From assembly GCF_900105995.1 (NCBI RefSeq), contig NZ_LT629785.1, forward strand, positions 3,580,934 through 3,604,933: DNA of 24,000 nucleotides, given 5' to 3'. Made by a program: the position numbers and the translations under genes. Under the pieces are notes generated by a model that saw only the letters and a program-made list of their open reading frames with translations, was not told the origin of the DNA and made no database searches. The first letter of the stretch is position 1; each line of letters begins with the position of its first letter. Below are positions 13,560-20,047 of this stretch, one piece after another. This stretch comes from Pseudomonas pohangensis. Lineage in GTDB: Bacteria; Pseudomonadota; Gammaproteobacteria; Pseudomonadales; Pseudomonadaceae.

Positions 13560-14888
13560 ATGCACAAGCAACCCAGATTTGCCCTCAGTTTGCTGGCACT
13601 CATCTGCAGTGCGCAGGTGCAGGCCGGCGGCCTGCTGCTTTACGGTCCTTCGCTGGATAACGCGGCGCTATCCAATGCCGGCGTGGCGGCCCGGGCACAG
13701 GGTCCGGACACCATTTCCGGCAATATTGCCGGGCTTACCTACGTCAAGGGTACCCAGGTCAATGCGGGTGCTGCCGTACTCTTCGGCGAGATCAAGCCTG
13801 ATCTGGATCAAACCAACCAGACGGGAGGTAACGGCGACAATGCACTGCATCCAATCGCCGGCCCCATGGCTTATATCAGTCACCAGCTCGACGAACAGTG
13901 GACCGTCGGCTTTGGCTCTTATGGCGATTTCGGCGATGCGATCAATTATGACAACGACTGGGCCGGACGCTACATGATCCAGAATGCCAAGCTGCTTGGT
14001 GCATCGCTGGTGCCCAGCGTGGCGTACAAGCTGAATGATGAATGGTCGTTCGGGCTGGGCTTGCGGGCGATGTACGGCATGGTGCAATTGCAGTTGGGAG
14101 TGGCCAATGACCGACCTGGATTCACTTGCATGGCCTCGTCACCCTTTCCCATCATCGGAGGTGGCACTCCTGGAAATTGTCCGGGGCCAGACGGCCAGGC
14201 GAAATATCAGGATGAGACCTGGGGCTATGGCGGCAATGCCGGGGTGATCTATTCGCCGCAGGAAGGCACGCGTATCGGTCTGGCCTACACCAGCCAGGTG
14301 GATCTGGACTTCGATGACAACATCAAGCTCAAGGGCGTAGGAGGTGGGCAGCTTATTGATGTGGGCGATCGCGAAACTAAACTCAAGGCAACCGTCAAGG
14401 TGCCGCAAACCGCAACCCTGAGCCTGTTCCAGCAGCTGGATGAGCAGTGGGCCTTTCTCGCTAGTGCCAACTGGCAGGACTGGTCGGAGTTCAGCACCAT
14501 TGACCTGAAGGTCGACCAGTTCGGTGTGGATACCAACGCCGACCTGCACTGGGACGATACCTACCATGGTTCGGTCGGCCTGCAATATCAGGCCACGGCG
14601 GACTGGCTATGGAATGTCGGGGTTGGCTATGACACCTCGGCGGTGGATGACAACGATCGTATCTGGGGGCTGCCGGTCACCGACACCACGCGCTTGGGCA
14701 TCGGTACGGTGGTGGCGCTGGATGAAGCAACCAGCCTCCATGTGAGTTACATGTTTACCTGGCTGGGTGATGTGGATGTCAGCGAACATCGCCACGAGCC
14801 GGGTGATGTCAACTACAAGGTCGCTAGCGGCAAGCTGAATAATGCCTATGTGCAGTATCTGGGTGCCGGCGCGACGATGAAGTTCTGA
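13560..14888 (+). CDS. FadL/TodX/OmpP1-family outer-membrane channel, paralog 2
   Basis: 442 aa with signal peptide ending AQVQA and hatch GGLLLYGPSLDNAALSNAGVAARA. It is colinear with paralog 1 (TWGYGGNAG, VPQTATLSLFQQ, WQDWSEF) and ends GATMKF. An AAGGAG RBS lies upstream. Confidence 0.9.
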   Translation: MHKQPRFALSLLALICSAQVQAGGLLLYGPSLDNAALSNAGVAARAQGPDTISGNIAGLTYVKGTQVNAGAAVLFGEIKPDLDQTNQTGGNGDNALHPIAGPMAYISHQLDEQWTVGFGSYGDFGDAINYDNDWAGRYMIQNAKLLGASLVPSVAYKLNDEWSFGLGLRAMYGMVQLQLGVANDRPGFTCMASSPFPIIGGGTPGNCPGPDGQAKYQDETWGYGGNAGVIYSPQEGTRIGLAYTSQVDLDFDDNIKLKGVGGGQLIDVGDRETKLKATVKVPQTATLSLFQQLDEQWAFLASANWQDWSEFSTIDLKVDQFGVDTNADLHWDDTYHGSVGLQYQATADWLWNVGVGYDTSAVDDNDRIWGLPVTDTTRLGIGTVVALDEATSLHVSYMFTWLGDVDVSEHRHEPGDVNYKVASGKLNNAYVQYLGAGATMKF

Positions 14889-14913
14889 GCGGCCGGACCA
14901 GATAGGAATCCAA

Positions 14914-14947
14914 GCCGCCCCGTGCTCTGCGCAGGGCGGCATTTTTA
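14914..14947 (+). terminator. Rho-independent terminator after FadL paralog 2
   Basis: gccgccc...gggcggc stem followed by attttta. The T-run is present only on the + strand. Confidence 0.65.
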
Positions 14948-14953
14948 TTGGTG

Positions 14954-17293
14954 CTATTTGCCGATGGCGATGCGTGGCCGCCAATGCAGCCATTCGTCCT
15001 GCACTTCCGGCTGCAGATCGAATATCTGTCCGGCATGTGCCGGCGAGCCTTTGCTGGCATCGGCCGGAGTGGCGAAGGAGATGCTGCCTTCCAGCAGTGA
15101 CTCCACCGAATCGGTACGCACCTTGGCGCCGTCGAACAGCGAGAAGTCCACATTCACTCCGCTGTCGTTCCAGAACTTGCTGCCGCTGTAGACCAGCCGG
15201 GCATAGCGCGGCTCGATCAGGATATGTACCAGGACGCTGGCGGCATCCGGGCTGAGTTCCAGAGCGGTTACCTGGCCGACGGCTATACCGCGGTAGGCAA
15301 TCGGCAGGCCGGCTTTCAGTGACTTGCGTTGCGGGGTGGTCAGGGTCAGGTGCAAGCCGGATTTCTGTTCGCTATCCAGCTTGGTCAGTCCCAGGCTCTT
15401 GAACCGCGTTTGTTTGGCGGCGAGTGGATTACTGCTCGGTTGAACCTCTATGTAGGGCCCGGTGATCAGGGTATCCAGATTGGCGGCTTTGGTCAGGGTG
15501 ACCTGCGGTCGTATGACGGAAAAAGTGGTGCCGGCGCGGGCAATGCGTTCGGCGCCTTCGCTGATCAGTATCTGCAAATTGAGTGATTTCAGGTCCTGAC
15601 CCAGCTCAACGCCACTGACTTCGCCGACCTGGAAACCCTTGTAGCGAATTTCCGTGCCGGCATGCAGCCCATCAGCCTGCTCGACTTCAAGACTGAGTTG
15701 CTCGGCAACACGAACTGCACTGGTCTGATCGGCATGCAGGATGAACTTGCTGCCGTTGTGCACCGCAGCTGCTTTGGCCTGGGGCGTTTCGAAGGCGATG
15801 CCGCCGTTGATCAGGCTGGACAACGACTCGCTGCGTACCTGAAAGCCCGACAGGCCACCGCTGAGCGTTACTCCGCTGGCATTCCAGAAGCGTGAAGAGC
15901 TATTCACCAGACTCGTGTATTTGGGATTGATCAGCACGCTGACGCGAACTTCCTGATTATTGGCGGTCAACGCCACGTTGGTCACCGAGCCAACTTCCAG
16001 CTGGCGAAACAGTACCGGACTCCCGGTCTTGAGGGACGCGGCTTGTTGGGTCGACAGCTCCAGATGCAGGCCGGGGGTGTCGTAGTTGACTTCCGGGGGG
16101 CTCTCCAGCGCGGTGAATTTCCGGCGCTGCGGCTTGTCCCGCGGGCCTGGTTTGAACTCGATGTAATTGCCGCGCACCAGTGCATCCAGTCCGCTGATCC
16201 CGCTCAGCGAAATTTCCGGTTCGACCATCCAGAACTCGGCACCCTCGGTCAGCCAGGGTTTGGCCCGCGGGTCGATGTCGAGCTCTACCATCATCTGCTT
16301 GAGGTCTTCGCTGACCCTGCCACCTTTGGCCACCCCTACCGGGTAACCATTCCAGCGCACCTGGGTTTTGCCCGGGTCCATGCCGGAGAAGTTGGGCATG
16401 ACGACCTCTATCAGGACGCCGACCTGAGCGGCCTTGAAATCATCGTAGAGGGTGAAGACCTGGCTCGCGTAGTCCAACGGCATTGCACTGGGGGCGTCTT
16501 TCGACTCGCCAAAGCCGGCAATGTTGGATGGGTTGGTATCGAAGGCAATGCCACCGATGGCCACGCTGAGCAGGGACTCGACGTCCACCTGGACGCCGGA
16601 TAAGCCTGCCGAAACGCTGAAACCGCTGGCATTCCAGAAGCGGGTTTCGCTGTTCACCAGCTGGGAGAACTCCGGCTTGATGTGCACCTTGATCATTACT
16701 GACTGGTCCTCGTGGTTCAGCGCATAGCCGGTCACGGCACCCACCTGGATCTGCCGGAAATAGACCGGGCTGCCTTCGGAAATCGAGCCGAGATTCTTCG
16801 CCCGCAACTTCAGGTGCAGGCCGGGTAGTGCATCCGCTAGCGGTGGTGCATCTTCAAGGGCATTAAAAACGAAGCTTGGTTTGCCGTCGCCCGGACTCAT
16901 GGCGATGTAGTTACCGGAGACCAGGGTTTCCAGACCGGTCACCCCGGCCAGCGAAATATCCGGCTTGACCAGCCAGAAAAGTGTTTTCTCGCGCAGAAAG
17001 TCTTCGGCATGCCGGTCAACCTCAATGGCGACATGCACCTTCTGGGTTTTCTGATCGAGGGTAACAGTCTGCACCTTGCCCAGCTGTATGCCTTTGTAGA
17101 GCAGTTCGGTTTTACCCGCTTGCAAGCCATCGCCGTTGGGGAAGACGATTTCAATCATCACTCCGGCTTCGGAATAGGCCTTCCAGCCCAGCCAGCCACC
17201 GATCAGCAAGGCGATGATCGGCAAAATCCAGATGGCGGACCAGTTACTGGCCGGTTTGACACGTGGTTTGCTGAGAGTGCTGTTGTCAGTCAT
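14954..17293 (-). CDS. Six-MCE-domain inner-membrane-anchored protein (LetB/PqiB-like intermembrane transport protein)
   Basis: 779 aa with an N-terminal TM helix (aa 19-37, SAIWILPIIALLIGGWLGW) followed by six MlaD/MCE-like segments. Motifs recur: FW.V.P.ISL.G..GL..LV.GNYI and RFWNASG....GLSG.QV..ESL.....GGIAF.T. Confidence 0.9.
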   Translation of the reverse strand: MTDNSTLSKPRVKPASNWSAIWILPIIALLIGGWLGWKAYSEAGVMIEIVFPNGDGLQAGKTELLYKGIQLGKVQTVTLDQKTQKVHVAIEVDRHAEDFLREKTLFWLVKPDISLAGVTGLETLVSGNYIAMSPGDGKPSFVFNALEDAPPLADALPGLHLKLRAKNLGSISEGSPVYFRQIQVGAVTGYALNHEDQSVMIKVHIKPEFSQLVNSETRFWNASGFSVSAGLSGVQVDVESLLSVAIGGIAFDTNPSNIAGFGESKDAPSAMPLDYASQVFTLYDDFKAAQVGVLIEVVMPNFSGMDPGKTQVRWNGYPVGVAKGGRVSEDLKQMMVELDIDPRAKPWLTEGAEFWMVEPEISLSGISGLDALVRGNYIEFKPGPRDKPQRRKFTALESPPEVNYDTPGLHLELSTQQAASLKTGSPVLFRQLEVGSVTNVALTANNQEVRVSVLINPKYTSLVNSSSRFWNASGVTLSGGLSGFQVRSESLSSLINGGIAFETPQAKAAAVHNGSKFILHADQTSAVRVAEQLSLEVEQADGLHAGTEIRYKGFQVGEVSGVELGQDLKSLNLQILISEGAERIARAGTTFSVIRPQVTLTKAANLDTLITGPYIEVQPSSNPLAAKQTRFKSLGLTKLDSEQKSGLHLTLTTPQRKSLKAGLPIAYRGIAVGQVTALELSPDAASVLVHILIEPRYARLVYSGSKFWNDSGVNVDFSLFDGAKVRTDSVESLLEGSISFATPADASKGSPAHAGQIFDLQPEVQDEWLHWRPRIAIGK
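15068..17161 (-). repeat. Threefold tandem repeat of a two-MCE module inside the MCE gene (about 16538-17161, 15788-16417, 15068-15700)
   Basis: Protein landmarks recur with a period of 250 aa, then 238 aa: PGLHL at aa 157 and 407, SGLHL at 645; RFWNASG at 218 and 468, KFWNDSG at 706. An identical 20-mer ccgctggcattccagaagcg occurs at 15873-15892 and 16623-16642, exactly 750 nt apart. Confidence 0.75.
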
Positions 17294-17299
17294 GTGCAG

Positions 17300-17338
17300 G
17301 GTTCCGAAGGTCGGTAACCACGCAGTTTTACTGCGTGG
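17300..17338 (-). promoter_or_regulatory. Two adjacent hairpins in the leader immediately upstream of the MCE gene start
   Basis: On the minus strand, ccacgcag-taaaa-ctgcgtgg is a perfect 8-bp stem (17318-17338). It is followed by ggtt(a)ccga-cct-tcggaacc (17300-19), which ends 6 nt before the ATG and covers the position where an SD would sit. Function is unknown. Confidence 0.35.
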
Positions 17339-17471
17339 CCTGGATGTGCGTTCGTACAGGGAGTATTACAGGATCGTCGTGAAAAATCTGCGGTCAGGGT
17401 CATTGCGCGTTGCCGGAACCTGCCTGATTGACTAGCGTTCAGGTATCACCCATGCAACAGGAGTAATTAGC

Positions 17472-17687
17472 ATGTCCAATCATCACACTTATAAAATGAT
17501 CGAACTGGTTGGTTCGTCGCCAGTCAGTATTGAAGAGGCCATCAACAATGCGCTGGCAGAAGCAGCTAAAAGTGTACGGATGATGGAGTGGTTCGAGGTA
17601 CTGGAAACCCGCGGACACATAGTGAATGAGCGTGTCGGGCATTTCCAGGTGACGATCAAGGTAGGTTTCCGTATCGCCAACAGCTAG
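17472..17687 (+). CDS. Dodecin (small flavin-binding protein)
   Basis: 71 aa, MSNHHTYKMIELVGSSPVSIEEAINNALAEAAKSVRMMEWFEVLETRGHIVNERVGHFQVTIKVGFRIANS. It is colinear with bacterial dodecins, including the flavin-stacking Trp in the WFEV motif. An AGGAG RBS lies 8 nt upstream. Confidence 0.9.
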   Translation: MSNHHTYKMIELVGSSPVSIEEAINNALAEAAKSVRMMEWFEVLETRGHIVNERVGHFQVTIKVGFRIANS

Positions 17688-17772
17688 TCGGCGGGTCTGG
17701 TGTGTCGTAACAAGGGCCATGCGTGCCTGTAATCCGGCAGTCAGGCGAGTATTTGCTTCGAGGAGGTAATCC

Positions 17773-18168
17773 ATGTCGCGCGTAATTGCTGCAGCCCTGT
17801 TTTTATTGATGAGTGGTTGCGTCAGCTTGCCACCACATAATCCCGCCGAGGCCTGGATAGAGGTCTATTCGGCCAGCTATGACAGCCTGATGGCCGAAAC
17901 ACTCGACGGCAAGACCTGGGGCCCGGGCTCCTACTATCAGGTGACGCCGGGTGCACATACGCTGGGTTTGAGTTTTCAATATCCCGCAGGGCCGCGGGAT
18001 GCCTACCCGGACAGTTGTTCTTTCAGTCTGGCCTATGACGATTTCCAGGCCGGCAAGGATTACCACTTGCTGGCGGGCTGGAATTTCAACGGGGCCTGGG
18101 TGCACTTGCTGGATGAGCAGGGCGAGAAACTGGCCAGCCAGACCTGTAATTCACCCTACGGCAACTGA
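17773..18168 (+). CDS. Small lipoprotein of unknown function (paralog L1)
   Basis: 131 aa with lipobox LMSG-C16 and a GAGGAGG RBS. It is a clear paralog of the convergent gene at 18194-18622. I recognise no characterised family. Confidence 0.8.
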   Translation: MSRVIAAALFLLMSGCVSLPPHNPAEAWIEVYSASYDSLMAETLDGKTWGPGSYYQVTPGAHTLGLSFQYPAGPRDAYPDSCSFSLAYDDFQAGKDYHLLAGWNFNGAWVHLLDEQGEKLASQTCNSPYGN

Positions 18169-18180
18169 TCGCCAGACCAG

Positions 18181-18209
18181 CTGCGGGGCGCCGTTAAAAA
18201 GCCCCGCAG
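18181..18209. other. Hairpin at the junction of the convergent lipoprotein genes
   Basis: ctgcggggc-(11 nt)-gccccgcag is a perfect 9-bp stem. The loop contains the L2 stop codon and one arm lies in the L2 coding sequence. No U-run follows on either strand, so it is not a canonical intrinsic terminator. Confidence 0.4.
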
Positions 18210-18622
18210 CGCAACTGCTTGCCACGGCTGAGAACACCGCCCTGCTCGTCGTAGAGGCGCAGCCAGCCGCGGCGGCCCATGGTGCCCGCCTTTAGCTGGT
18301 ACTTTTTACCAGCCTCGAAATGGTCATAGTCCAGGGCCAGTATGCAGGTGCGGGTGCCGCCGCCCCCGCCGTCATGTTCACGGCTGCCACCCCCACCACC
18401 GCTGGTCTCGAATTGCAGGCGTACCTGCAGATGGTGCGCACCCGGCGACACCTCGAAGTAGCGCCCTTGCGCCCAGTCGCGGCCATCCAGCGCGTTGGCG
18501 CTGAGCTGGTTGCGGGCAATGGTATACAGATCGATCCAGGCTTTGTCCGGATCTGCTGCAGGCAGTGTTTTGGCGCAGCCACCCAGCAGGAGCAGCAGGC
18601 TGCAGGCGAGAATTCGTGGCAT
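18194..18622 (-). CDS. Small lipoprotein of unknown function (paralog L2)
   Basis: 142 aa with lipobox LLGG-C16. It is homologous to L1 over two blocks and carries a glycine-rich insertion, GGGGG-SREHD-GGGGG (aa 75-89). Confidence 0.8.
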   Translation of the reverse strand: MPRILACSLLLLLGGCAKTLPAADPDKAWIDLYTIARNQLSANALDGRDWAQGRYFEVSPGAHHLQVRLQFETSGGGGGSREHDGGGGGTRTCILALDYDHFEAGKKYQLKAGTMGRRGWLRLYDEQGGVLSRGKQLRCGAF

Positions 18623-18652
18623 GCTCGGTATTCCGCTTCAACAGGTGTCTTG

Positions 18653-19780
18653 ATGAGCAAGCAGTATCGCGCGCAACCGGCAGGGGGTCTAGATCGATGG
18701 CTGCCGCGCCTTGGATTGACTGCCTGTCTGCTGCTGGGCGGCTGCTCGACGCTGGATTACTACAGCCAGGCCAGTCGCGGGCATCTGCAGTTGATGCAGC
18801 AGCGTGAACCGATCGAACAGTTGCTGGCTGACCCGTCACAAGATGCCCTGTTGCGCCAGCGGCTGGGGTTGGCGCTGCAGGCGCGGAACTTCGCCAGTAA
18901 CCAGCTGGAGCTGCCGGACAACCAGAGCTATCGGTTGTATGCCGATATCCAGCGCCCGGTGCTGTTGTGGAATGTGTTCGTCACCCCGGAATTTTCCCTG
19001 GAAGCCGAACTCCAGTGTTTCCCGGTTGCCGGCTGCGTGGCGTATCGCGGCTATTTTGATCTGAACGATGCACGCGGTGCCGCAGCGCTGGCGCAGCAGG
19101 CAGGCATGGACAGCTGGGTTGGCGCGGTCGAGGCCTATTCCACGCTGGGCTGGTTCGATGACCCGCTACTGAGCAGCATGCTGCAGCGCGATGATCAGCA
19201 GCTGGCAGCAGTGATCTTTCATGAGCTGGCCCATCAACAGCTGTATCTCGCCGATGACACGACCTTCAACGAGTCGTTTGCCAGCTTTGTTGAGCAGCAG
19301 GGCTTGCAGCAGTGGCTGGCCAGCCGTGACGAGGCAGCGCTGGCGCCGCAGCAGGCCTGTCGCCGGCAGCAGTTCACGGCGCTGGTGCTGGATAGCCGTG
19401 CCCGGCTGCAGGCGTTGTACGCCAGTCAGCTACCGACAGCGCAAATGCGCCAGGCCAAGCAGGCGGAATTTATCCGGATGCGCAATGAGTACCGGCAGTT
19501 GCGCGATCATCACTGGGGTGGTGATTCGCGCTATGACCAGTGGATGGAAGGCCCGCTGAACAATGCCAAACTGCTGCCCTTTGGCCTGTATGAGCAGTGG
19601 TTGCCGGCTTTTGCCCGGCTGTACGAGCAGTCCGGGAAAAACTGGACAGCTTTTTATCTGCAGGCGAAACAGCTGGCCAGTCTGGCGCCTGCCGAGCGCC
19701 AGCAGCACTTGCAGAAACTGGCTGAAGAAGCCGGCGCGGGCAGCTTGGCTGAACTAGTCTGTGACACAGGGCGTGGCTAG
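18653..19780 (+). CDS. Lipoprotein zinc metallopeptidase (putative aminopeptidase family, formerly DUF2265, from memory)
   Basis: The track ORF (from 18320) is 5'-extended across the antisense of L2. ATG at 18653 with an AGGTG RBS gives 375 aa, with lipobox LLGG-C31 and the HExxH motif FHELAHQQ followed by NESFASFVE. Confidence 0.8.
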   Translation: MSKQYRAQPAGGLDRWLPRLGLTACLLLGGCSTLDYYSQASRGHLQLMQQREPIEQLLADPSQDALLRQRLGLALQARNFASNQLELPDNQSYRLYADIQRPVLLWNVFVTPEFSLEAELQCFPVAGCVAYRGYFDLNDARGAAALAQQAGMDSWVGAVEAYSTLGWFDDPLLSSMLQRDDQQLAAVIFHELAHQQLYLADDTTFNESFASFVEQQGLQQWLASRDEAALAPQQACRRQQFTALVLDSRARLQALYASQLPTAQMRQAKQAEFIRMRNEYRQLRDHHWGGDSRYDQWMEGPLNNAKLLPFGLYEQWLPAFARLYEQSGKNWTAFYLQAKQLASLAPAERQQHLQKLAEEAGAGSLAELVCDTGRG

Positions 19781-19813
19781 GTGTCAGGTCCATTGAGCCG
19801 GGTGGTGATTGTC

Positions 19814-20047
19814 ATGAAAAAACGCTTGTTCGGGTTATTGCTGATGCCCATGGCCAGCTTCGCGCTGGCGGCCCCGAAGCCCTGTGAAGAGCTCAAGGCC
19901 GAGATCGAGGCCAAGATCCAGGCCGCCGGGGTGCCCTCCTACACGCTCGAAATTGTGCCGAACGCCGAAGTCAAGGATCAGAGTCAGGTGGTCGGCAGCT
20001 GCGACGGTGGCACGCAAAAGATCATCTACCAGCGGCATTCCAGCTAG
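19814..20047 (+). CDS. Small periplasmic protein, DUF1161-like
   Basis: ATG at 19814 gives 77 aa with signal peptide MKKRLFGLLLMPMASFALA. The mature part, APKPCEELKAEIEAKIQAAGV..YTLEIV......VVGSCDGGTQKIIY, matches my memory of DUF1161 proteins and has two Cys. Confidence 0.8.
   Translation: MKKRLFGLLLMPMASFALAAPKPCEELKAEIEAKIQAAGVPSYTLEIVPNAEVKDQSQVVGSCDGGTQKIIYQRHSS

Noticed and set aside
11919-17471. Possible genomic island boundaries around the FadL/MCE block (direct repeats, att sites, integrase, tRNA).
   Set aside because: I found only a shared 7-mer (gtcaggg) in the two flanking spacers, which is about chance expectation. There is no integrase, transposase or tRNA. The lower GC is reported as an observation only.
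18356-18400. G-rich and C-rich tract encoding GGGGG-SREHD-GGGGG in L2, considered as a slippage-prone simple repeat or G-quadruplex.
   Set aside because: The glycine codons are mixed (ggt, ggc, ggg) with no long homopolymer or perfect unit repeat, and there are only two substantial G-runs. It is better treated as a protein loop insertion.
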